From assembly GCF_963922945.1 (NCBI RefSeq), contig NZ_CAWUKC010000010.1, positions 9,308-73,307 on the forward strand: a DNA stretch of 64,000 bases, in the 5' to 3' direction. Shown here one piece after another: positions 30,935 through 40,561 of the stretch (position 1 is the first letter of the stretch; each line of letters starts with the position of its first letter). This DNA comes from an uncultured Pseudoalteromonas sp. Lineage in GTDB: Bacteria > Pseudomonadota > Gammaproteobacteria > Enterobacterales > Alteromonadaceae. Made by a program: the position numbers and the translations under genes. The notes beneath the pieces were generated by a model that was given only the letters and a program-made list of their open reading frames with translations, searched no databases and was not told the origin of the DNA.

Positions 30935-30962
30935 GGGTTAAGGATGGGTTAAAAGGGGTTAA
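30935..30962 (-). promoter_or_regulatory. Three helically phased direct repeats (GGGTTAA on +, TTAACCC on the operon strand) upstream of the RND/TCS operon; candidate OmpR-family response regulator binding site
   Basis: Exact 7-mers at 30935-30941, 30946-30952 and 30956-30962 (period 11 and 10 bp). They lie 47-74 nt upstream of the ATG at 30888. Confidence 0.45.
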
Positions 30963-31040
30963 CTACTTTAGATAAATTAATATTTGCCACGTTCTGCCAA
31001 TTTACGTAGGCTTTGGCAAAAATCTTTATACACATCTCAC

Positions 31041-31733
31041 ATGCTAAAATTAATTTTTACTCTTTTTTTAATACTTCCTACTTTATTACAGGCTAAAGTC
31101 ACCTTAAACGATAAAACGCTTATTTATAGTGGTCAAATCAACCAACAAAATAACAATACGGCAGCTGAGTTGTTAAAAAACAACCCCACTATTCATACTT
31201 TTACTATTACCAGCGGTGGCGGAAATATTGATTTAGGGATGGATTTAGCTGAGCTAATTTTGGCGCATAAATTAACCGTAAATATAAAGCAGTTTTGTTT
31301 TTCGTCGTGTGCTAATTATGTATTACTTGCTGGGCACCCAACTATAATAGAGCCCGGTGCAATTATTGGATGGCATGGTGATGCAGCTTCAGCAAAGTGG
31401 TTAGATAGTGATATTGATGCCATGGTAAAGCAATTAAAAGAGCCTCAAAAAAGCCAAAAATGGAAAGAATTACGTGCTCATTACGATGAGGTCATTAATA
31501 AAGCAAGCCTGCGCGAAAAAGCTCTCTACAACAAATTAAACGTAAATCACGACTTACTCACTGTTGGGTTAAAACCCAATTTACGCAGTGCTGCCATAAA
31601 GCAACGTGCTCGTGGTTGGACGTACTCACCTAAAGTGCTTAACTATTTTGGAATTAGCAATATTAGCTATAATAATTGGCAACCTCGTTCAGTTAAAAAT
31701 TTTCCGCTTCTTATCATTAGCGACTTAAACTAA
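31041..31733 (+). CDS. Secreted protein with a ClpP/SppA-like (crotonase-fold serine peptidase-like) core
   Basis: I prefer the ATG at 31041 (MLKLIFTLFLILPTLLQA signal). The block ITSGGGNIDLGMDLAELI...FCFSSCANYVLLAG...IIGWHG resembles the ClpP/S49 INSPGG...GM...S...LLAAG pattern. Confidence 0.4.
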   Translation: MLKLIFTLFLILPTLLQAKVTLNDKTLIYSGQINQQNNNTAAELLKNNPTIHTFTITSGGGNIDLGMDLAELILAHKLTVNIKQFCFSSCANYVLLAGHPTIIEPGAIIGWHGDAASAKWLDSDIDAMVKQLKEPQKSQKWKELRAHYDEVINKASLREKALYNKLNVNHDLLTVGLKPNLRSAAIKQRARGWTYSPKVLNYFGISNISYNNWQPRSVKNFPLLIISDLN

Positions 31734-31778
31734 TAACTATTCCTCTCTTACTAACCTCCTTTTTTACTCATAATAAAG

Positions 31779-31806
31779 CCCTGTTAATAACAGGGTTTTG
31801 CTTTTT
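31779..31806 (+). terminator. Rho-independent terminator after the ClpP-like gene
   Basis: CCCTGTT-aat-AACAGGG followed by TTTTGCTTTTT. Confidence 0.75.
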
Positions 31807-31927
31807 AGGAACATTTTAAACCACCAGCTAATATTACCTATTTATAATACAAATAGAGATTAAACTTTTAAACCTAATTGATATACGTTATCATTCGCAA
31901 CATCATTAACTTTCTATATTAACAATA

Positions 31928-34672
31928 ATGAACAAGCTAATTAAGTTTACCCCAATACTATGCGCCCTTGCTTTAGCTGGCTGTGGAGGCGGCTCTGGCA
32001 ATACAGCCCCGCAGTTTGCACAACCTAATTTAAGCTTTACTGTAAACGAAGACACTTCACTTACTGCTCAAGTAACAGCCACCGACGACGATGCTCTTAG
32101 CTACACACTGGCTAATGCTCCCAGTAACGGCACTATAGCAGTAGAAGCAAATGGTGAATTTACGTATACGCCTTTTAGTAATTACTATGGCGAAGATAGC
32201 GCAACTATTAGCGCAAGCGATGGCAACTTAACCGCAAATGTTGTGGTACGTTTTAGCGTAGAAAATGTTAATGATGCGCCGCAGCTACTAACCACTAATG
32301 TGTTTGTTACCTCTTCAACCACCACGCAAGGGATTATTACTACGCAAGATTTAGATGGTGACACAGTAACTATTAGCTTAATTACACCACCGAGTAATGG
32401 CGTAATGAGCATAAATAGCACCACAGGTGAATTTACCTATGAAGCACAAACACTAAGCAGCATTGATGAGCAATTTGAAATTAGTTACACCGATGGCCTA
32501 ATTAGCGAGCCGTTAACTGCAATTATTTCGTTAAGCCCTTCTTATGTAACTAACGAAGACAAACTTAATTATTACTACAGCTCTAGCCTATCTCACTTAA
32601 AACAAGCTGATGAGCTAAGCGCCAATATTGCTGATGAACTGTCTCGTTACGATATATACGCAACCCAAGCTTCCGCCTATGCGCGTGCAGGATTTTTAGA
32701 TACCGCTAACGACTATTTAGCACTAATAAACGAGCAAACAGCACGTTCTTCGGCACTAAAAGATGTAGCGCAAGCACTTGATGAAATAGGCCAAACAGAA
32801 CAAGCAAACGATTACCGCGACCAAGCGGTGGCGGCCTACAACCAATACTTAGCTGATAAAGGCTTCGATAATATTGCCTCATCAGACGCATCAGCGCTTT
32901 ACTCTTTAGTAAAAAGCTATCTAGGCGCTAATCAAGTCTCACAAGCAAGTAATTTGTTAAACACAATTTCGTTATACGCTGAGCAAGTACGCGAAGACGA
33001 ATACACATCAAGCTATGGCTACTTTTTAAATGGCGTACGCTTATCAATAGATGATGCCCTACAAAGCTATGCGCAAAGCCTAGATGAAAGCGATTTAACA
33101 CAAGCTAAATTACTTGCCAATAACTACGCGCAACTTGCACTAAAAGCGGGTTACAGGCTGGTACGTAGCGGCGAATACGAAGGCCAACCATACGAGCAAT
33201 ACAAAACGTTGCACGGGGCATGGGCTGCGCAATATCTTTATAGAGCTGGCGAATTTGAAGCGGCAAAAGATTACACTAACCAAGTACTTGCTATGTATGG
33301 CTCTACTGGTTTTGATAGTAATTATGCCTATTCTGCATCGCCATATAGCGCCGCTACTTTAGATAACTACACCTACCCGATTCAATTTTTAGCAGGCTTA
33401 ATTGAAGGCTTATACCAAAGCGACGAAAACCCTGCAATATCGCTGTCAGACAGCGAAACCGATATAAACAACGCGCAAGAGCAAGTGTATGGTTTTAATA
33501 TAGCTAACCGCCTACTTGCAGGGGAAGATATAACGAGTGCCGCAGCACAAGCTCGCAGCTTTTTTACTGAAAATGGTGATTACAACGAATTTTTTAGAGC
33601 ACTTACCGAACTTGATAACGTCCCAGGCACAGGCCTAATTTTAAGTGAAGCCGGCAGAAACGACTTAGCACAGCAAATATTTACCTATGCGGGCGACTTT
33701 TTAGCCTCTGATGAATACATAAGCAAAGAGTCATCAACCACATTTTTAACCGGTTCAAAGGGCTGTAAATTGTTAGTTGATTTAACTGCGCAGGTTGGTG
33801 GCGATACAGCAAATGCCGCTAATAAATGCTTAAGCATGCTTAGTACGCTTAATGATGGCGATATACGCACGCTAAGTAATAACTCATCAATTACAGCGCA
33901 TAACCAAGTAATAGTATCGCTTATTAAAGGCGGCTTATCGGAGCAAGTAGCTGGTGTACACAATCAACTACTTAGCTACATTGCACTAGATGAAGATACC
34001 GAAGACAGATTCGAAGCCCGCTTAGAAACTTTAGGTTACTTAGTTAATGCAAACCAAACATCACTGGCAAATACCACTTTAAATGATGCGATTACTGAAA
34101 TAACCCCTGAGCTAAATGCATTAAAAAGCGATCAGCTAGAAACTATTTTAGCCACTGTTAAAGCCGAAGTAATTGGCTTAGAAGAAGCGCAAACAGGTGA
34201 ATTTGAACGTTATTCTATGCTTTCAAGTATGGGTTCAAACGCAGCGAACATTAGCGACTTTTCAGCAAATTATAGTAATGCAAAAACACAAGCTAGCACG
34301 CTTTTAAATACGCTTGAGCCTCTTATTTTGGGCTTTGCCGATACAATTATTGCCGACAATATGGAAGACTTAGTTAACAGTTTTACGTTAATTAACGATA
34401 TTAGCAAAGCACAAAGCTTAATTAGTAACGGGGTTAATGGCGAGGCCGATCAGCTTGAGCTTTACATAGGCATGACTAACTTAGTCGCCTCTCGCGATGA
34501 CTTTAAAGGCATAGCGATAGCAAGCGTAGATACCGACCACGACGGCCTACCTAACTTCTTTTTACCTAACGCCAGCGATGAAGACATAGCCTTAGCTGGG
34601 TTAATTGCCGACCAAGACGCCGATAACGATGGCGTAATTGATAGCGAAGACACTACCCCACTAGGTATTTAA
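31928..34672 (+). CDS. Large surface/periplasmic lipoprotein: two cadherin/Ig-like repeats, a long helical region and a C-terminal Asp-rich Ca-binding (TSP3-like) motif
   Basis: The lipobox reads LALAGCGG. The repeats are FTVNEDTSL...ATDDDALSYTL...PSNGT...NGEFTYTP...VENVNDAP and a second ...GDTVTISLITPPSNGVMSINSTTGEFTYE. The C-terminus carries DTDHDGLPN and DQDADNDGVIDSED. Confidence 0.7.
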   Translation: MNKLIKFTPILCALALAGCGGGSGNTAPQFAQPNLSFTVNEDTSLTAQVTATDDDALSYTLANAPSNGTIAVEANGEFTYTPFSNYYGEDSATISASDGNLTANVVVRFSVENVNDAPQLLTTNVFVTSSTTTQGIITTQDLDGDTVTISLITPPSNGVMSINSTTGEFTYEAQTLSSIDEQFEISYTDGLISEPLTAIISLSPSYVTNEDKLNYYYSSSLSHLKQADELSANIADELSRYDIYATQASAYARAGFLDTANDYLALINEQTARSSALKDVAQALDEIGQTEQANDYRDQAVAAYNQYLADKGFDNIASSDASALYSLVKSYLGANQVSQASNLLNTISLYAEQVREDEYTSSYGYFLNGVRLSIDDALQSYAQSLDESDLTQAKLLANNYAQLALKAGYRLVRSGEYEGQPYEQYKTLHGAWAAQYLYRAGEFEAAKDYTNQVLAMYGSTGFDSNYAYSASPYSAATLDNYTYPIQFLAGLIEGLYQSDENPAISLSDSETDINNAQEQVYGFNIANRLLAGEDITSAAAQARSFFTENGDYNEFFRALTELDNVPGTGLILSEAGRNDLAQQIFTYAGDFLASDEYISKESSTTFLTGSKGCKLLVDLTAQVGGDTANAANKCLSMLSTLNDGDIRTLSNNSSITAHNQVIVSLIKGGLSEQVAGVHNQLLSYIALDEDTEDRFEARLETLGYLVNANQTSLANTTLNDAITEITPELNALKSDQLETILATVKAEVIGLEEAQTGEFERYSMLSSMGSNAANISDFSANYSNAKTQASTLLNTLEPLILGFADTIIADNMEDLVNSFTLINDISKAQSLISNGVNGEADQLELYIGMTNLVASRDDFKGIAIASVDTDHDGLPNFFLPNASDEDIALAGLIADQDADNDGVIDSEDTTPLGI

Positions 34673-34688
34673 CTAAGAGCCGTAATAA

Positions 34689-37367
34689 ATGCAGACACCG
34701 ACTACCCTCGCGTGTCTGCTTTTGCTTTCTCAGGGTGTATACGCCGCAGAGCAGCAACAGCAGACCGAGCCAAAACCACAGCCATGTAACGAACTTAAAG
34801 ATGAGCAAAAAGAGCGCTGTGAAGCACTTGAGCACATTGAAGTAAAAGGCCAGTACATAGGCATTGAAGTACCCGAAGTTATTGGGCGTTCTTACTTAAA
34901 TCGTGATTTTATAAACGCCACACCTAAAGGCAATGGCGATATAAATGAGCTAATTGCATTGCTCCCTGGCGTACAGCTAAGTAACGAAGCCTACTCTATT
35001 GGTAGCTTAGCTGAGATCAGCGCGCCAGAAATATCAATCTCAGGGGCGCAACCTTGGCAAACAGGGTTTTCGTTAGATGGATTAAACTACAATAACCGCA
35101 TAGACCCAGCCAGTAGCAGCCGATTAAGCTCTTCATCAGACGATGTGTCGGGTGGCGTACAAAGTATGAACGTGAACTCCGATATAGTTGAATCTATTAC
35201 TGTTTACGACCATAACATTCCGGCTGAATTTGGTGGTTTTTCAGGTGGTATTGTTGATAGTAAAACCAAAAGCGTATTTGCAAACGACAGCTTTAGTTTT
35301 GGCGTGCGGGGGAATCAAAGTAGCTGGGGGAGTTACCATTTTATAGAGGCCGATCAAGACAGTTCACAGCAAAATGTTGATCAAAGTACGCTTGAAGAGC
35401 CCAAGTACGAAAAAATTAGCTATAACCTGCGTGCTAATAAACAAATTAATGAGCGCCATGGCTTAATGATGAGCGTTAATTACTTAACCAGCGACATCAG
35501 TGATTTATCGCTAGGGGAAGTAAAAACCCAAAGCAGAACAAACATAAATGCGATTGTGAAGTATGGCTACCGAAATGGCTGGGTAGATGCACTCGATTTA
35601 ACACTCATGTACTCCCCCTACGAAGTTGATAATTTTATTACAGATGCCAAAGACAGTGACTTTCATTTAGAAGGCGGTGCTATTGGCGCCGTTGCGGCAT
35701 TAACCGAGCATTTTGACTTTGCATCGTGGCACAGTAATCTTAATTTTAGTATGAGTGACAGCAGCCGAGAAGGCCCTGCGCACTTTTATAGCTGGCTACA
35801 AGCTAAAGGGAAAGATTGGGGGCAATACGCCGACCAAGGCGATGCTCAAACACGTTATTCTCGCCAAGGGGGATATGGCGCCCTAGATAATACCCAATAC
35901 ACCACCAGCTGGAAAAACACCCTTGATTTTAAAACGCTGGAGTTTGCTGGCACTGAGCACCGCATTAAAGCCGGTATTGAACTTATTCGCCAAGAAGTAG
36001 AGCGAGAGCGTATTCAAAATAGCTACAGCTACGACTCCCCTATTATATGGTCTAGCGCGAGTACCCCACTTAATTGCAGCGGTTACACACTGGACTGCCA
36101 AGCGCTGCAAACCACTATTTCTATTGATGAGCTAGCAGCGCAACTAGGCGGCGAAATTGATTTTAATAATCAAGCCCACATTACTGCCTATACAAATAAT
36201 GTAACCGCTACAGCACAGTATTTTAATGGCCGTTTAGTCACCCCTACAGAATACATTAACGTAACACTTAGTCGTGCCTCGTTTTATGCAACCGATAGCA
36301 TCACATTAGGGCAGCTAAACCTAAACTTAGGTATGCGCTACGAATATGATGACTTTTTAGCAAATCATAATATTGCGCCACGTATATCACTTGGTTACGA
36401 TGTTTTTAACGATAACCGCACTATTATTAGCGCAGGCGTTAATCGCTATTACGACTCTGCCATTATTGGTTATAAAGTCAAAGAACAGCAGCGTTTTTCA
36501 TATCGAGAGTATCGCCCAATTGAAAACGGTTACCTGCAAGGGTGGCTACCTTCTAACTATACAGGCGCATTTAAATACCGCTTTGATGATGTAAACACCC
36601 CGTACGATGACGAACTCGCACTAGGTATTGCACATTCATTTGAAAAAGCAGGGAATGTATCGCTTAAATATGTAAAACGTAAAAAGCATCAGCAATTTTC
36701 TCAGGTTACCGATGAAGAAGCTGCTAGCGATGGCTATAAATATATTCGTATGACCAACGAAGGTGATGGTAGCTCAGAGCGCTATTCTATTTCGTGGAGC
36801 GCGCAGTTTGGTAGCCATTCATTATGGGCTAACGCCTCCTACGCTGAAAACAAAGTCTCTAACGACGACTACAATGCCACGGCTGAAAATACCCCTCTTG
36901 ACGAACTCGTTTACTACGTAAATGCAAGTGGCAGCGGCGAGCTTGTAGCGCTTGGACAACTTGAGCAAATTCGTACAAACTTTGGCACTCCTATAACCGG
37001 TGCGCTAGGTTGGAATGTTGATTGGAGCAATTCATTAAGCACCGGCCTTAACGTAACCTTTAGTGATAGCTACACCAGCGCAGTGAGTACTGGCGCAAGC
37101 GAAAGCATAAGCCTTGAACAAAGCTGTGCAAATTGCCCTGTAGAGTCAACGCTTGTTGATGTATACGAAGAACAAGAAGTTCGTGCCAGAACTATGCTAG
37201 GCCTTAGCCTGCGCTATAACCACAACCTGACAAAAACCCAGTCAGTTGAAATAAGAGCAGATATTTCTAACTTGCTGAATGCACGTACTTACACAGTAAA
37301 CGAAGGCGCATCGGGTATTGAGCCTGGGCGTATGTTTTGGCTAGGAGTGAGCTATAACTATGATTAG
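34689..37367 (+). CDS. TonB-dependent receptor-like outer-membrane protein
   Basis: Signal peptide, then plug motifs (IEVKGQ, LLPGVQ, ISISGAQPWQTGFSLDGL, ITVYD). A roughly 700-aa beta-barrel region follows, with a C-terminal FWLGVSYNYD strand. Confidence 0.8.
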   Translation: MQTPTTLACLLLLSQGVYAAEQQQQTEPKPQPCNELKDEQKERCEALEHIEVKGQYIGIEVPEVIGRSYLNRDFINATPKGNGDINELIALLPGVQLSNEAYSIGSLAEISAPEISISGAQPWQTGFSLDGLNYNNRIDPASSSRLSSSSDDVSGGVQSMNVNSDIVESITVYDHNIPAEFGGFSGGIVDSKTKSVFANDSFSFGVRGNQSSWGSYHFIEADQDSSQQNVDQSTLEEPKYEKISYNLRANKQINERHGLMMSVNYLTSDISDLSLGEVKTQSRTNINAIVKYGYRNGWVDALDLTLMYSPYEVDNFITDAKDSDFHLEGGAIGAVAALTEHFDFASWHSNLNFSMSDSSREGPAHFYSWLQAKGKDWGQYADQGDAQTRYSRQGGYGALDNTQYTTSWKNTLDFKTLEFAGTEHRIKAGIELIRQEVERERIQNSYSYDSPIIWSSASTPLNCSGYTLDCQALQTTISIDELAAQLGGEIDFNNQAHITAYTNNVTATAQYFNGRLVTPTEYINVTLSRASFYATDSITLGQLNLNLGMRYEYDDFLANHNIAPRISLGYDVFNDNRTIISAGVNRYYDSAIIGYKVKEQQRFSYREYRPIENGYLQGWLPSNYTGAFKYRFDDVNTPYDDELALGIAHSFEKAGNVSLKYVKRKKHQQFSQVTDEEAASDGYKYIRMTNEGDGSSERYSISWSAQFGSHSLWANASYAENKVSNDDYNATAENTPLDELVYYVNASGSGELVALGQLEQIRTNFGTPITGALGWNVDWSNSLSTGLNVTFSDSYTSAVSTGASESISLEQSCANCPVESTLVDVYEEQEVRARTMLGLSLRYNHNLTKTQSVEIRADISNLLNARTYTVNEGASGIEPGRMFWLGVSYNYD

Positions 37368-38427
37368 GTTATTAAGCATTTTTGTACTGTGCTCATTTAG
37401 CTTAAACGCCAAATCAACAAGTAGTAACGATTTACGTTCACTGTATAGCAAAGGCCAAGCACATTGGCCTGCTATACAGACCAGTGACGGCAGAAGTGTA
37501 GAGCCCATGTCGCTTTTGCCTGTAGCCTCGCCTAAACCTGAGCATGTTGCTTTAGGTGACAAGCTTTTTCATGATGTGCAGCTCTCGCGTAATAATACCG
37601 TTAGCTGTGCCACCTGCCATGAACGCGATAAAGGCTTTCATGATGGCCGCGCAACCGCAGTGGGAATTGATGGGAAAATAGGCACACGTAACACCCCTGC
37701 TATTTTTGGTATTGATCAGTGGCAAAGCTTTTTTTGGGATGGCCGCGCAAGCACCGCAGAGCAACAAGCACTCATGCCCATAGCAAACCCAATTGAAATG
37801 GACTTAGACCCTGAGATAGCCTTAGCGCGGGTAAATCAAGATAAAAGCTACCGTGTATTAAATCAACGCGCTTTTAATAGCAATACCCTCACTTCAGAGC
37901 AAATGGCAAAAGCCTTAGTTGCCTTTGAGCGCACCTTAGCCGCACCAAATAGCCGCTATAAAACGTTTTTAACGCAGCTTAATAAAAACCCACAACACGC
38001 TGTTAGCAGCTTAAGTGATAGTGAACTAAACGGCCTTCACTTATTTAGAACTAAAGCCAAATGTATGACTTGCCATAACGGAGCCTTGCTCAGCGACAAC
38101 CAATTCCATGGTACAGGTTTACATTATTACGGCCGCCGTTTTGAAGATAAAGGGCGCTTTGACGCTACCCAAAATCCAGCGCATATTGGCCAATTTAGAA
38201 CGCCATCGCTTTTAGGGTTAATGCAAACATTTCCGTGGATGCATAACGGCTTATTTGACGATTTAGCCGGTATTGTCGCCTTATACAATCATGGTGGAGT
38301 AAGGCCCAGACCACGAAAAAATCAACTAAACGATCCACATTTTCCCAAAACCACCGACCTGCTTATAAAGCTTAATCTAACAAAGCAAGAGCAAGCCGAC
38401 CTAGTAGCATTTTTACGTATATTATAA
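37360..38427 (+). CDS. Di-haem cytochrome c peroxidase / MauG-family enzyme
   Basis: Signal peptide, two CxxCH haem motifs (CATCH, CMTCH), and the blocks FWDGRA, FRTPSL and PWMHNG. The start overlaps the TBDR stop by 8 nt (ATGATTAG). Confidence 0.88.
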   Translation: MIRLLSIFVLCSFSLNAKSTSSNDLRSLYSKGQAHWPAIQTSDGRSVEPMSLLPVASPKPEHVALGDKLFHDVQLSRNNTVSCATCHERDKGFHDGRATAVGIDGKIGTRNTPAIFGIDQWQSFFWDGRASTAEQQALMPIANPIEMDLDPEIALARVNQDKSYRVLNQRAFNSNTLTSEQMAKALVAFERTLAAPNSRYKTFLTQLNKNPQHAVSSLSDSELNGLHLFRTKAKCMTCHNGALLSDNQFHGTGLHYYGRRFEDKGRFDATQNPAHIGQFRTPSLLGLMQTFPWMHNGLFDDLAGIVALYNHGGVRPRPRKNQLNDPHFPKTTDLLIKLNLTKQEQADLVAFLRIL

Positions 38428-38443
38428 ACGCTGGGCTACTCAC

Positions 38444-38971
38444 TTAAAGTGCGCGTGAGTAGCTTAGCGAGATAAAATCAAGGCCTGGGTTGGGCTTTTT
38501 TATACCTGCGTTTGAATAATGAAAATATTTAAGCGACACGCTGTGTTGCTCACTATCACCAAATTTCATGGTGATGCCGATGCGGTCTTCAAACTGGTAA
38601 TGGGTGCTAATATTTTTACCTGCAAATTTGGTGTCGTCTAATAAGCTTAAACCAACCCCAAATTCGGCGAAAACGCGGTTCCCTGCAATGCTACCAATAG
38701 GATAAAAAATAACTGGTGAGAGCGATAAGCCTAAATTAGCATCGTAGCGTTTTGGGTCATCATATTCAAAAAAGTTGGCATTGGCTTCTAGGTAAATCTC
38801 GAGCTCTTCAAAGCCTTCTATTTGGTAATCTAAGGCATATTGATAAGCCACTTTAACCCCTCGCACGTCTCCTTCACCTTGAATATAGCTCATCGAAAAG
38901 TAATCTTGTGCAGCCGTTGCAGCGCCTGCGTGTAGCGTTATAGCTATTAAAAACAATTTATAAAGTTTCAT
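38444..38971 (-). CDS. Lipid A 3-O-deacylase (PagL-like) outer-membrane beta-barrel
   Basis: I prefer the ATG at 38971, with a GAGGTG Shine-Dalgarno and the signal MKLYKLFLIAITLHAGAATA. The C-terminal HYSNAG matches the PagL His-x-Ser active-site motif. Confidence 0.6.
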   Translation of the reverse strand: MKLYKLFLIAITLHAGAATAAQDYFSMSYIQGEGDVRGVKVAYQYALDYQIEGFEELEIYLEANANFFEYDDPKRYDANLGLSLSPVIFYPIGSIAGNRVFAEFGVGLSLLDDTKFAGKNISTHYQFEDRIGITMKFGDSEQHSVSLKYFHYSNAGIKKPNPGLDFISLSYSRAL

Positions 38972-39127
38972 GTTATTCACCTCAAGCAGCTCTACTTTTA
39001 TTGCCATTGCTTGATCTAAACACAGCAAATATTAAGCAATGACTCTATAAGGTGAATATTAATTGCACTTAACTGTTTTGATAATTGCAATTATAGTGGA
39101 ATAACTTTCTTTATAATTTTGATAATA

Positions 39128-40465
39128 CTAAACATCGATGTTAGCGGCATTAACTTGCGTTGTTAATCGTTTATATTGGCGCATAAATAGTTGCCAGCCC
39201 ACATAACCAGATATAACATTACCGCAGGCCATACCAATAAACAGCCCTGTTAAGCCATAAAAATACGAGCCTAACCAAAGTAGTGGTAAGTAACACAAAA
39301 ATAATCGCAATATTGAAATAAATAGCGCAGTAGTCGGAAACCCTAAGGCGTTACATACCGATACCGTGATCATACACACTCCTAAAGCTGCGTAGCTCAG
39401 GGGGACAAATGCAAAGTAGTTTGCCAGGTTAGCAACAATCTCACCGTTATTACTCAGTGCACTTGCAAGCGGGTCAGCTACACACAGCATAATAACCGCG
39501 AGTAAAATTTGTATGCCAATCACAAAGCCGCAAGCAAGTTTTACAACGTTCATTATTTGCTTAAGCTCGCCACGCCCTTTTAAATTGCCCACAATGGGCG
39601 GCAGTGCCATGGTAAGCGCTAAAATTAAAATAATTGCGATGTATTCAATACGGTTTGCAAGTCCCCAAGCTGCTACAGCAAACCCACCATACGCGGCAAT
39701 AAGTGCGGTGACTATCATGGCTGAAATAGGCGGAATAAACTGAGAAAGTAAAGCCGGTGCCGTCATTTTTGCAATGGCTTTCATTGCTTGCTCGGTGCGG
39801 TTTTTTAAAACACCAAAAGTTATAAGTTCTCGCTTTATAAGTGTGTAAAACACAACGACCAAACCTATTGCAAATGCAATACAACTGGCCCACGCAGCAC
39901 CCGCTAACCCCATATTAAAAGTAAACATAAAAAGTGGGTCGAGCGCTATATTTAACACACTGGTTAGCACCATAATTCGCCCAGGCAATAAGGTTTCGTT
40001 ATGGGCACGGCAAATACTGTAACCAAAATAAAGCAGCGCGCCAAGCCAGCAGCTTGTTAGCCAAGGTAGCCAGTAAAGCTCGGTTAAATTAAATAAAGAA
40101 GGCGTTGCACCCAGCGCTAAAATAATAGACTGCTGAAAAAGCCACAGCGCCAAGCACAATAGCGTTACTATTACAGTGCCAATCAGCACGATTAGGCTGC
40201 CTAAGTAGCGTGCATAGTTAACTTTATTTTCCCCTAGTGCAGTAGAGATAGTCGCGGTTGCAGCAATACCTAAGCCGACTTGTACTCCCACAATAACCTG
40301 AAAAATAGCAATACTAAAGGCAACAACAGCAAGTGGGTCAGCGCCTAGCTTAGCTATAAAAATGCTATCGATCAGCTGGCTTCCCATAATAGAAAATAAC
40401 CCAACCAACATAGGCCAAGTTTGCTTAAATAAATGCTTTAAAAGTAATACTGTATTACGGCTCAT
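39128..40465 (-). CDS. MATE-family multidrug/toxin efflux transporter
   Basis: 445 aa with 12 TM helices. The N-terminal LLKHLFKQTWPMLVGLFS...LIDSIFIAKLG pattern is typical of MATE/NorM. Confidence 0.85.
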   Translation of the reverse strand: MSRNTVLLLKHLFKQTWPMLVGLFSIMGSQLIDSIFIAKLGADPLAVVAFSIAIFQVIVGVQVGLGIAATATISTALGENKVNYARYLGSLIVLIGTVIVTLLCLALWLFQQSIILALGATPSLFNLTELYWLPWLTSCWLGALLYFGYSICRAHNETLLPGRIMVLTSVLNIALDPLFMFTFNMGLAGAAWASCIAFAIGLVVVFYTLIKRELITFGVLKNRTEQAMKAIAKMTAPALLSQFIPPISAMIVTALIAAYGGFAVAAWGLANRIEYIAIILILALTMALPPIVGNLKGRGELKQIMNVVKLACGFVIGIQILLAVIMLCVADPLASALSNNGEIVANLANYFAFVPLSYAALGVCMITVSVCNALGFPTTALFISILRLFLCYLPLLWLGSYFYGLTGLFIGMACGNVISGYVGWQLFMRQYKRLTTQVNAANIDV

Positions 40466-40504
40466 AAGGCAGGCTCACTTAAAAATTAAAACGAGAAAAT
40501 ATCG

Positions 40505-40532
40505 AAAAAAAAAGGCGCTCATGGTAAGCGCC
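40505..40532 (-). terminator. Intrinsic terminator inside the 5' leader of the MATE gene (minus strand)
   Basis: The minus strand reads GGCGCT-taccatg-AGCGCC followed by nine U. It ends 40 nt upstream of the MATE ATG (40465). Confidence 0.55.
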
Positions 40533-40561
40533 ACAGGAAAAGTCACAATGAATAAGTAATT

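Noticed and set aside
34653-34835. A 60-aa hydrophobic minus-strand ORF spanning the lipoprotein/TBDR junction
   Set aside because: It is antisense to the TBDR signal-peptide region, and its hydrophobicity is a mirror artefact. The tight sense-strand gene packing leaves no promoter space.
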